Below are positions 52,701 to 64,000 of a stretch of DNA of 64,000 nt, one piece after another. Within the stretch, counting starts at the first letter, position 1. Each line of letters opens with the position of its first letter. Made by a program: the position numbers and the translations under genes. Source of the DNA: Lytechinus pictus. Its lineage: Eukaryota. The notes beneath the pieces were generated by a model. The model searched no databases, was not told where the DNA came from, and saw only the letters and a list, made by a program, of their open reading frames with translations. The DNA is taken from assembly GCF_037042905.1 (NCBI RefSeq), contig NC_087245.1, forward strand, positions 6,078,001-6,142,000, written 5' to 3'.

Positions 52701-55415
52701 GAGTAATACACTGTGTTGCAAAGCCTTCGCCCTGGCCTTCTTGAGTTCTTATTTGCTAAATAAAACAAATAAAGCAAATTACAGAATTAGAAACACATAA
52801 CAAACATAATGGTAAATAACAGCAAATTAGGGCAAAACCAAAACAATTGTGAGAGATCGTAATTACAATTATGACAACGATGGCCAACCATATACTTTCG
52901 CGCCCAATCTCACATGTACCTTTGAATTTGGCTATATTTATATGATCGTAATTGTCAGGAATAGGTCACCTTTATTCCTGTTACAGTGAGTAAATAAGTA
53001 TTCATTAAATATATTTCGACCGCTGTATTCTCAATTTCTCGTTTAATGTAAAACGATTTTTTACTGTAAAGTTTGCTTGCCGCGACCACAGGTCTGTCCA
53101 ACTTTAATTCATGCCACAATTCAAACCATTAAAACAGCCATCACTAAAATTGCTAGTTAATAGTTGTTATTGTATCCCGTATACATAGCCTTAATGTGGA
53201 GGTGCCCCCAAAATTTTATTTTTTTAGCTCACTTTATTGTTTTGACCCCCTTCCCCAACTGCTCGGACCGGATTTACGACAGTGTTAATTATTATTAGCA
53301 ACATCGTGATAGGGGTAATTGTTGAGTGGCATGTTATCTGCTAACCATATTCTTTGTCGCACAAATAATACTTTCATTCATATATTACTTCATATTAAAT
53401 TTAAAACTGTATTGTAATACACTTTAAGGATTATTTGAGTGATTTTTCTTTCTAAACATATATTTCATATACCCGAACATTGCGGATATTAGCCGGAGCG
53501 AATTCCATTAAAACACGGAAGTATAAATTCAAAATACAGTGTAGTGCGTTTATCATACGGGATTGTATAGCAGCATTAAGCAGTCGTGTTGGTTCATATT
53601 TCACTTTTGGTTTTGGTGTCACTTCATATTACAATCATAGAATACCACAAGAAAACGACTGAACTTGATCTTGATCATTATAGGGGAAAAACCCTTACAA
53701 GAAAATGTTCGGTCATACCGTGAACGCTGCGAAAAGGGCAACTGTGATCGCGTTCATACTGAAACAAAAAAGGCGAGTTCGACACGGTCCGCGGATCACG
53801 AACGGAAGTAGAAGACGTCACAAATATGCCGTGTTTGACCTAGGTCATGCGGGTTCGACGTCGAGTCTGACTCGGCTCGCGGGTTGAAACCAACCATTTT
53901 GGCGGATCAAAAAATCCGTGTTCGACACGGCTCGCGGATCACACTGGTCGCATTTACACAACATAAAACTGCCGTGTTGAGCACGGCTCGCGTGTCGAAC
54001 CCCGAGCAAAGTCACTGTGTAAACACGGTTTACTCACGACGATCATTTTCATATTACTCGAGTTAATGCACATGTATCTCAACAAAAAGAATAAATGCCT
54101 TGTTTTATTTCATTAGGAGACAATTTACACGCAGAAGCCTTTGTTTCTTTTTCAATATGAAGCATTTAATTTGTTATTGAAACATTGATGGTTAATTTGT
54201 GTGAGGGTGTGTGTGTGGGTGATTTGTTTTAACATCTATTGCAAATTAACCAATCGAACTATAAATTTGACATTGTAAATTCTTAACTCAACATCACTTA
54301 AAGACGAAAAATTATAAAATTACTACAGATTCAAGAGCATACAGATTTGATAATAAAAGAAGAAATCCCTCGACATGAATTCCAGTAAAATCAAACCTGT
54401 TTAGAATTTTCACATTATATTTTTACAGTCTGTATTCTCTTGAAATTTAATAATAACTGTGGTCACGACGAAAAAAAAAGATCGTTATCTGCCCGTTATC
54501 TGTTAATATATGTGAATAATTAAAGTGCCATTTTGACAGGAGCCAATATAGTGAGAACGTGTTGGTCAAGATCTCATGAAAATACCTGGTTTCAATTGAT
54601 TAAATTTGAATTCTGATTAGTTATACGTATGATATACTTTTTTAACCATGTTAAAGCATACATTCAGTTGATCACACATTCAAAAGTTTAACCCTTTATT
54701 TTGTGAAAATAGGCCAGTTTATTGAATTTTGTTTGCGTCGCCCATTTGCAACCGTAAAGTTCAGTGCTTTGGTTTGATTGTGTTTATCACTCATTTTCAT
54801 TTCTGAGTTTCTCATTTGTAAGTTGCAAAAATAATCCTACATAGAGAAATGTCCGTTAGTATTTCTATCTAGGAAGTTGGGAATAAGACAACATATATAT
54901 CTAGCTCTCAAATAAGATATAGAAGTGACTGTACACATAGCCATCACCAAAAGGCTTCAACAAATATACACATTGTAGTAGAATGATAGAATCTAACATA
55001 ATTATACGCTGTGGAGTAATTTATTCATATTCTCAAATACTTTGAGAATAATAAATCTCGTTTTGAGTGTTTGTTGGAAAATTTAATAGCTTCTGAAACT
55101 GATTTTTCTCTTCAAAAACTATTGGAAGGCACAGCAAGGAACTGATAATAAATTGTACTCATATACGGTTCCGGAGATTCACTAATCGTGCATCGTCATG
55201 AGAGTGTAACACTAGCTTGGAGGTATATATTATGATGATCAATCATATTTTCCTCTTAAAAAATATGGAAGATCACAAAGATGCAACCCATTTCATTCTT
55301 CCACAAACATTACAATTAAAGGTAGGCCTACATTTCGAAGGCAGCAACTTGTAAGAGTTCTAAAGCTCATTTCGCTTTTATACTCACAATATGATTCACC
55401 GGTTATGATACTCAA

Positions 55416-55727
55416 TTAAATCAAATCTGTGTAGGCACTTTCTTCGCGTTTAGATAGAGTTTGATAACCATACTCATCACGATTATCAACTCGAGATCGT
55501 TCCATCGTACTCATCGATGCTGAGGAGGAGGATAGCAAGTACCCAAAATCATCAACGTCGGTACCAGCGACCGCAACAGATGTTGGTGTCGTGTTGACTG
55601 GTATGCCTATTCGTTGATCAGAGGAGCTAGTGTCGTTTCCAAAGTTTAAACAGTCTGGTTCCCTCTTTGAGTTCAGACCATTACTTCCCCTTGCTGGAAT
55701 GTTACCCATATCGATATAGTCATGAAC
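55416..55727 (-). CDS. Terminal exon: cytoplasmic tail with Tyr motifs (YIDM; ExxYQTL-x7-YTDL)
   Basis: Acceptor atttacag, phase 0 matching the upstream exon, 103 aa to TAA. Confidence 0.8.
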   Translation of the reverse strand, partial: VHDYIDMGNIPARGSNGLNSKREPDCLNFGNDTSSSDQRIGIPVNTTPTSVAVAGTDVDDFGYLLSSSSASMSTMERSRVDNRDEYGYQTLSKREESAYTDLI

Positions 55728-55945
55728 CTGTAAATATATTCAACTATTAGCGCACAATTCGTAAAACATAAATCAATATACTTCTTTAAAAATGTGTATA
55801 TATATTATATTCGAAACCTGAATGAATTCATTGAAATTAAACTTATCTCATGGTTTGGTTGAAACGTCACAATCAAGCAGCCTAGATTTTCAAAATAGTT
55901 AAGCATATCCAAAGGTGATAACATTTGCGGTATAAATAGAGTTAC

Positions 55946-56079
55946 CTCTTCAAGGTGGCTTCTACGACAATGAATGACAAGGGCCAGTGAGATGACCATG
56001 ATGACGGCCAAAGAGATCACTGTCGCTATACAACCGATCACGACTGTAAACAGTCTTAATCTTGTATTTTTATCTAACC
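55946..56079 (-). CDS. Transmembrane exon of a type I membrane protein
   Basis: Acceptor ttgcag and donor gtaac. Reads LFTVVIGCIATVISLAVIMVISLALVIHCRR, a hydrophobic span followed by basic stop-transfer residues. Phases 1 and 0 are consistent with the neighbouring exons. Confidence 0.85.
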
Positions 56080-56620
56080 CTGCAATTGAACATTCACGGA
56101 AAAAATAACGAAATATCAATATATTGATGCTATTTTAATATTATTGTATTACAAAAATGATGATTTAGCATCATTTTCAAAACGAGAATTGGTCTCATGC
56201 AAAATTGATTTCACTGCACTAAACGTCTGAACGAGCACATAACATGATTTTTTTAATCTTGCATGATATTGTATTCAAAAGAGGGGATAAGAAAGCTGAT
56301 AAAAAGTAAGAATGGACAATAACTCTGTTCGAGCTTCCACTCCGTAGTGATACTTATTTTAGACAAATGAAAAAGAGAAATTTATTACCTACTCACCAAT
56401 GGTAAAAAATAATAAATAATTCTTTTAAATTATCATATTGATTGAATAGTCATACAAAGTGATAGTGATTTTTATGTTTGAATTGTATATAAGTGAAGTT
56501 CATTTTTGAAGTATCGATAGTCTTGTTTATGATTTCTTTTTTTTACAGTGCATGATCAGCATAATTTTTTTTTTTTTTGGGGGGGGTGTAATAAAACAAA
56601 TTGAACGGTATAAATCACAC

Positions 56621-56854
56621 CTGATGTTGGTGCATGATGGGGTGCTGTTTCCCTCTAACAATATGGAATCGTCTTGTCCCAATCTTGGCCCATCTTCTTG
56701 GAGACTACATTTGGTTGGCATTCGATGAATTCACTTCTATTGATGACGTAACCAGTTTCACATGATAATTTGAGTGTAGAGCCTAGATGTGTGTTGTTTG
56801 ATAACCACCATCTATGATCAACATCACCGGGGTGTTCACAGAACCCGATAGTAG
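56621..56854 (-). CDS. Sushi/CCP domain exon (phase 1-1) with an in-frame TAG at 56655-56657
   Basis: CEHPG...GSTLKLSCETGYVI...IEC...WDKTIPYC fits the four-Cys and Trp CCP pattern. The 234-nt symmetric exon is bounded by AG and GT. Confidence 0.8.
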
Positions 56855-57448
56855 CTGTATGATTTAATGATGAAATAAGCAAATTAAGTCATACCAGAAA
56901 AGTCAACGCAAAAGGACACTTACTGCAATCGTATATGAATTTAGATAATCACCAAGTTCACTTTTTCATGCGCAGTTCGACAAATGCAGTATTTTTTTAA
57001 GGATATATGGAACCTACAAACTTCGTATATTTTATTTGTTGTTTGGGGATTTCTTGATCAAAATGGTAGTTGTAAATCAGCTCTTCGCCAAACAATTAAA
57101 ACAAGCTTCTGATTCATCCAATAATGCACTTAGCAAATCAAAGAAAACTACAGTATTATTAGACGGTATCATTACTTGAAAAAAATGTGAACATTCCTTA
57201 GTGTACAATACGTTTATCATCGTATGCCCATTGTCGAAAGAATTGTAAATCAAACGCAACTGGATCTGAACAAAAAGCAACGCATGGATTTTGGACTTGC
57301 ATAATATGATTTCGGTTGCATTCTAGGCAACTCTTTCTGCAACAGACCACAAATCATTTCGAAATATCTACTCTTTTAAAGCCACCCCCTTCTTTATTCA
57401 GTATCAGTTTACAGCGGAAAGCGAGTTTTAACTGAATGATGGAGATAA

Positions 57449-57605
57449 TACCTCGGTCACATTTCCCCTACGGCCGCCGAACGGTGAGTCAAAAACACCC
57501 GCTTTAACATTTTTTGTAAACCAGCTACATACGGGTGGTTTGAATAAAATTAGATAAAATGGCTGTTTTCGACTCGGCGGCCGTAGAGGAAATGTGACTG
57601 AGGTA
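57449..57605. mobile_element. Short MITE (Harbinger-like, TAA/TTA flanks)
   Basis: TACCTCGGTCACATTTCCCCTACGGCCGCCG ... CGGCGGCCGTAGAGGAAATGTGACTGAGGTA. Confidence 0.8.
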
Positions 57606-57661
57606 TTACCAAGTTTATTATAAGTGTAAGACCTCAGTTACATTTGCTGCGGCCGTCGTAA

Positions 57662-58552
57662 GGGCCGTCTGCACCATCCCGAGTTTTCAAATTAGCGCGC
57701 TATTTCTGATCCGGCAAATTATCCCGATCTGAAAAATCTCGAGATAGTTGGCGGTGCAGACGCAATTATCGCGCTAGTTCGTAGGATTAATCTCGAGATT
57801 GCAATCCCAAGTCAACTCGGGTTTATTTGCAAAATAGCGCGCTATTTTACGAATTATCCCGCTAATTCGTCGGTGCAGACGCACTCGAGATTGGACTCGG
57901 GGTAATTTATTCATGACGTCAGTCCATAATGCAATTCGCGTTCCACTTCCGCCTTGGTCAAAACATAAACACGTGCGAAAGTCAACTTTATACATGCGAA
58001 TAGCGTTCATATAAGCAACGATGGTGTCCCACCAGTACCAGTGAATGGATTTTGGGAGAGACCAGACCGTAGGGGGAGGCGCTCATCGACGATGGTCATA
58101 TTCAATAACAACACTGACAGCAGTGTTGTCTTATTCCTTCGAAAAATGTGAGCAAATAGCATTTCTTTCCTCCTTCTCTCCCTCTCTCTCTCTGTGTCGT
58201 TGCCTCCTACTCCGCCATCATATTTAACGAAGAATACATCACTTCTTCACTCGCTGAGCTGAGAGGATTGGGGGATTGTTGCATAACACCGGTTGAATTC
58301 GGCGAAAGTGCTAGTGAAAGGAGTACATTGCTTGCATATCGCGGGAAGTTATTCAAAAGCGCGGGCCGTTGAAACTCCAAGATCCGAAAGTGCGCATGCT
58401 CGTAATATCGGGCTTGTTGCCTCGCTCGAGCAGGAATCGCTCTTCGTGGGATGGTGCAGACGGGGTTTCTTGAATCTCGAGATTAATCGCGAAGAGGGCT
58501 GATCGGGCTAAAATCTCGAGATTGAGCAAACTCGGGATGGTGCAGCACCGCC
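57662..58552. mobile_element. PIF/Harbinger-like MITE, ~890 bp
   Basis: GGGCCGTCTGCACCATCCCGAG ... CTCGGGATGGTGCAG. A second left end starts at 58677 and is cut at 58741 by another element beginning GGGGGGTGTTTCATCAA. Confidence 0.7.
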
Positions 58553-59874
58553 TGTAGATTCTAAAATTTCCTCGGTGATTAGCAATTCTACGGTCGCCGC
58601 AGGATTTCCACGGCCACTTACTGTAGCAGTCACTTATATTAGGGTCGCGTCATGGCGTATTTTTAAATTTATAAGAGGGCCGTCTGCACCATCCCGAGTT
58701 TTCAAATTAGCGCGCTATTTCTGATCCGGCAAATTATCCCGGGGGGTGTTTCATCAATATTTTCGTCCGACAACTGTCAGCGCTGACTAAAATTGTCAGC
58801 GCTGACAATTTAGTCAGCGCTGACAAAAATTCGTTTCATCAAACTCTCGGAGCTTCTCTGACTATTGTCAGTGAATTTTTATTTTACAAATCGTCTTGAA
58901 CGAGGTTCGCTGACTAATTAGGCCACGCCCACTCCCAAAGTTGTGAAGAAGATGTAAAATTGGTTGATGTTTTCGCCGCGACGATTCGAAGTGAAACGAA
59001 GAAATAAGTAGAAGCGAAGGTCCCCGAAGAGGTGAATGAGGATTTTACCGTAAGTAAAACCCTTCAAAATGTCGTTCATATTGTATGTAAGGTTATTGAA
59101 TTATTCGTTGTGCGTAATTATCAAATGAATTACAAGAAAAGAGAATCTTCTGGCAGGACCCCTGTCGATACGATCGATAAACTTGACAGCACATAATCCA
59201 GTCTAGTCCCATACCCGTGTTTCTGTGTCTGTAGAACTATCTCAGGACCAAACTAACGACACGGCTGTCCATACACGTTTTTATGATCCGCACATGGCTG
59301 CAATTTTATAAATTTTGCAAAGAGAATACTTTATATTGTTCTAGGTTATGTCATTCTATGTTACATATCATAATTTTTCATTTCCTTTGGTTTTGTATTG
59401 ATTTTGTTGCTCGGTGTGGTCGGAGATATCCTTGATCACCAGTAGGCAGGACAACAAGAATTTCAAAATGTGTTTGTTGTCGAGAGAATGATATCAAAAT
59501 ATTCCTTAATATCTAATTTATCATGTGAAACCACTTAAAACTTACGTAAAATTCATTTAAACTGTAAAAAAAAGCAAATTCATAGCACCAACATGGTCCG
59601 AAAAAGCCATAGACATCGCGGTACCTTTTTAATACACTGTACGTACTATCGATAGTTAAAACGATCACGATGTGCTCGCTAAATGCGCGCGCCCATCGGC
59701 GTCTGCTAGCCGTCATCTGCTGTGACTCTCCAATAGCCCCGCATGTGCAATTTTTTGTAAGATCGTCCCATATGCTGTTTTTCATGTTAGTACATACATG
59801 CGTGCACGTTATTTGCGGACGCAGATCATGTACGCATCTCCGTCGTCTGCTACGGCTCTCTTTATCAGTCCCAA

Positions 59875-60470
59875 GTGTGAAATATGTGTACATGGTGTAT
59901 GTTCATTTGGTCTACATGCAGTTTGCCCACTTGTCATTTAGTCTAATGCCAAATGGGCTAAACCCATTTGGTCTACTGAATTGCCATTTGGTCTACACTA
60001 CATTTGGTCTAATTCTCATTTAGCGAAATGTCCAGTTGGTCTAATTTCAGCATAACCTAGGCCTACATAATTACAATTTTTTTACTTTGTCAAATACCGG
60101 TACATAGAATTGGCTTTATATCATGCAGTTCCACAGTGTGAAATATGTATGTATTCGTTTGGTCTACATGCAGTTTGCCCACTTCTCATTTAGTCTAATG
60201 CCAAATGGGCTAAACCCATTTGGTCTACACTTGGTCTAATCCTCATTTTGCGAAATGTCCAGTTGGTCTAATTTCAGCATGACCTACTTAATTATATTTT
60301 TTTTACTTATATATATTTTTTTAGTCTTTATACCAAATGGGCTTGACCATTTGGTCTATAAATTTTTTTTAATTGCCATTTGGTCTACACTTTGTGTAAT
60401 TTACATTTGGTCTACACTACACTTGATCTAATTTTGAGTCCAGTCCAGGGTCTAATTTCAACATGACCTA
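59875..60470. repeat. Local duplications of (CCATTTGGTCTA)-rich foldback-type repeat
   Basis: 59875-60060 is repeated at ~60136-60290, with further degenerate units after it. Confidence 0.7.
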
Positions 60471-61043
60471 CATCATTATGATTTTATACTTTGTGAATTT
60501 TTTTTTTCTTGATATAATTTCATTTCACCTTATAGTCTTAGCATTGGTTTCAAATAAATAATACTTGAACAGTGGCAAAGTCATGATAATGGAGCCAAAA
60601 GTTTTGAAAGGTCCATATATGGTGTATCAGGTAAAGTTATAAAGTTGTAAGCAGGAGAAGCAAACAACAAAAAATGTTGAAGCGGGGGGGGGGGGGGCGG
60701 TGTTCATTAATTTCCTTTTATTTTCCAATGCCAGATCAATCTTTGTTTTTGCTTGTCATTTTTTTTTAATGATATGTTCTGTTCACTCTACAATTTTTAC
60801 TAATGATCTTTTTTTTTGGGCTTATCATTTTTTTCAGACACATTCGCACCCGAACCGACTCTACAATTAAGGGAAGAGAAGGAATTATTGAACCTCTTGA
60901 GAGAATATACTGGTCAAGGGCTGTAATAGTATACAGGGGCACTTCCTGAGAGAAAGTTAATTTTATTTTAATTATGTGTTTTCAGGATATCTAATAGTAC
61001 TATTGAAATGGCGGTGAAAATTATTGCCCCTGCTGATGAGATT

Positions 61044-64000
61044 TTTCAGCTGCACCCCTCCTTTATTTTAGTGAATAAGGTGTGGCACTGCCCTATATGA
61101 TTCATTTTGAATTTTAATGGGCTCCAAAATGCAGTAATTTATAAATTATAGCATAATCTTATTTCGATAAAGCCTTTGACATAAACAAAGCATATTTAAA
61201 ACAGATTTAGTTATTGCATATCAGAATGTTATGTTTGCCTGATGTTTTCTCAATAACTCTAAGCTGTTATTAATGAATTCTTTCTAGAAACAAAAATAAG
61301 CAATTTATTCAAACATGTCAGTTTCATTTTGTAGACATATGCATTGAATTTACCAATTCAGTACAAGGTACGTATGCCATCTTTCACAAATGTTGATTTT
61401 TATCACTGGTGGATCTGGGGGAGGGCACATCTGGCTCACCCCCCCCCCCCCCCCTTAGAGAGCCTCAGTCGAGATTTGTAATGAAAATATGCCATTTTCA
61501 CCAAAGTATGCCCCCCCCCCCGGAAAGCAAGGCCCTTTTTTTGCTTGACAAATTTTCATCATGAAAATGTGCCCCCCCCCCCAGGATAAATCCTGGATCC
61601 ACCCCTGGTTTTTATTAAGTTTACATGTATTTTCATTTTGAAAAAAAAGGTTTCCTAGAGATTTATAAACAGCATGATTTACACTGAGCGTGTCATACAC
61701 TTCTGTGCAGAAGAATATTATCTTGAGAAATTTGGTTATTAAATTATGGAAAATATCTTTTGCAAATGAAATTACTTGATTGCAATTATTTCTTACATTG
61801 TATTGTCATTTTACTTGATAGAAATTCATTATTTTTTATAACCATGACAGTGTTCTAATTTCATATTTGCTAAATTGTAATAATTCTTTTGATCTTCCTT
61901 CATCTGAAGTCATGAAAGTATGAATTCTAGTCATCTGCTTCAAAGTCTGCCCAATACAATGGTTACAAAGGGCCTAAGCATCACTTGTCATTTTTTAATA
62001 AGTAGTTAAGTCAGTAGTCAAGTAAGGGGTCAGACAGTTTGGCTGTATTATATTTGTTTAATTATCTTACTAGTGTCAATTTACTAAACTTTTGCTGTTT
62101 GTGATTGAACCCCCAAATTGCTCGATAGTACCATTATGTTGGACAGACGTTAATATTGACTAGAGGACTATTATTACTTTCCAAACCAACCTGAAGATAA
62201 TATGATACTTCACGTAGTACAGGGGTATATTGTCTCCCTTCCATTGTTGTGATGTATGGGCTGGGTAATATCATCTAACTTGTCCTGGAATAATCATTCT
62301 CTGCAACAAGTTCCACTTCAGCGACTCTCAGTTGAACATCATCATTCCTGGCATTGGCGGCGGAAGCCAAAAATTTTAGGGGGGAACCGCCAAAACTTTT
62401 TGACAAAAAAAAAAAAAAAATAGTGACCAAAAATCTTAGGGGGGGGGGGACACAGGAAACAAAAGTGAAAATTGACAAGCCAAAAAAAAAAAAAAAAAAA
62501 AAAGGTTATCAACAAAAAATTTAGGGGGGGGGGTCGTCCCCTCCCCACCTAAAATTTAGGGGGATACGTCCCCCCCCCCCACTTCCACCGCCTATGATTC
62601 CAGGTGCTTGGAGATCTTCGAAAGGCATGCTATAACATCCACTTAAGTTCCAGTTCCTTTCATGTTTTTTCCTCATCTTAGTGAGCATCTCCAAGTGTTC
62701 ATATTTTTAGTGTCCTTTTTTAGATTTACCAAACTCAGTTTTATTACCTGATAAATGAAATTACAAAATTCTATCCCAAAAATTGAACACTTTGATCAAG
62801 TTTGGTTACTTAAACTTAATGTTAGATAAACTGAAAATATGTAATAAAAGGCAAAATAATAATAATGATGAAAAAAATTTCAGCTGCACCCCTCCTTTAT
62901 TTTAGTGAATAAGGTGTGGCACTGCCCTATATGATTCATTTTGAATTTTAATGGGCTCCAAAATGCAGTAATTTATAAATTATAGCATAATCTTATTTCG
63001 ATAAAGCCTTTGACATAAACAAAGCATATTAAAAACAGATTTAGTTATTGCATATCAGAATGTTATGTTTGCCTGATGTTTTCTCAATAACTCTAAGCTG
63101 TTATTAATGAATTCTTTCTAGAAACAAAAATAAGCAATTTATTCAAACATGTCAGTTTCATTTTGTAGACATATGCATTGAATTTACCAATTCAGTACAA
63201 GGTACGTATGCCATCTTTCACAAATGTTGATTTTTATCACTGGTGGATCTGGGGGAGGGCACATCTGGCTCACCCCCCCCCCTTAGAGAGCCTCAGTCGA
63301 GATTTGTAATGAAAATATGCCATTTTCACCAAAGTATGCCCCCCCCCCCCCCCGGAAAGCAAGGCCCTTTTTTTGCTTGACAAATTTTCATCATGAAAAT
63401 GTGCCCCCCCCCCAGGATAAATCCTGGATCCACCCCTGGTTTTTATTAAGTTTACATGTATTTTCATTTTGAAAAAAAAGGTTTCCTAGAGATTTATAAA
63501 CAGCATGATTTACACTGAGCGTGTCATACACTTCTGTGCAGAAGAATATTATCTTGAGAAATTTGGTTATTAAATTATGGAAAATATCTTTTGCAAATGA
63601 AATTACTTGATTGCAATTATTTCTTACATTGTATTGTCATTTTACTTGATAGAAATTCATTATTTTTTATAACCATGACAGTGTTCTAATTTCATATTTG
63701 CTAAATTGTAATAATTCTTTTGATCTTCCTTCATCTGAAGTCATGAAAGTATGAATTCTAGTCATCTGCTTCAAAGTCTGCCCAATACAATGGTTACAAA
63801 GGGCCTAAGCATCACTTGTCATTTTTTAATAAGTAGTTAAGTCAGTAGTCAAGTAAGGGGTCAGACAGTTTGGCTGTATTATATTTGTTTAATTATCTTA
63901 CTAGTGTCAATTTACTAAACTTTTGCTGTTTGTGATTGAACCCCCAAATTGCTCGATAGTACCATTATGTTGGACAGACGTTAATATTGACTAGAGGACT
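61044..64000 (+). repeat. Near-identical direct duplication, period ~1.83 kb (61044-62169 = 62878-64000, continues past the window)
   Basis: Both copies run from TTTCAGCTGCACCCCTCC to TAGAGGACT. Differences seen are mainly in homopolymer lengths. Confidence 0.95.
62352..62596. mobile_element. hAT-like MITE with near-perfect 8-bp TSD
   Basis: Ends CATTGGCGGCGGAAG / CTTCCACCGCCTATG, flanked by ATTCCTGG (62344-51) and ATTCCAGG (62597-604). Confidence 0.7.

Overview
This is an AT-rich, intron-containing, repeat-dense animal genomic window. The SINE, MITE and LINE repertoire suggests an echinoderm or sea-urchin-like genome (inference only). Host genes seen: the last two exons of a WD40-repeat gene (+, 318-1283, apparent 1-nt frameshift in a T-run) and the last three exons of a sushi/CCP-transmembrane receptor (-, 55416-56854). 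That receptor has an ITAM-consensus tail and an in-frame TAG. The centre of the window is a nearly intact L2/CR1-group LINE (~19787-34012). A tRNA-derived SINE splits its ORF1, and an 8.86-kb element (21873-30738) splits its ORF2. This insert is the most notable object. It has no long ORF but shows the split-direct-repeat layout A1-internal-B1-A2-spacer-B2 of PAT/Ngaro-type tyrosine-recombinase retrotransposons. Its repeats are near-identical, and the 6-bp core ATAATG occurs at both ends and at the internal B|A junction, as expected for recombinase integration of a circle. Also present: a Penelope-like remnant with an 87-bp inverted repeat and a minimal hammerhead motif, a tRNA-like gene with a TCA anticodon between (TA)n tracts, a decayed second LINE, many MITEs and SINEs, and a ~1.83-kb duplication at the right edge. 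All calls were made by eye; no searches were run.
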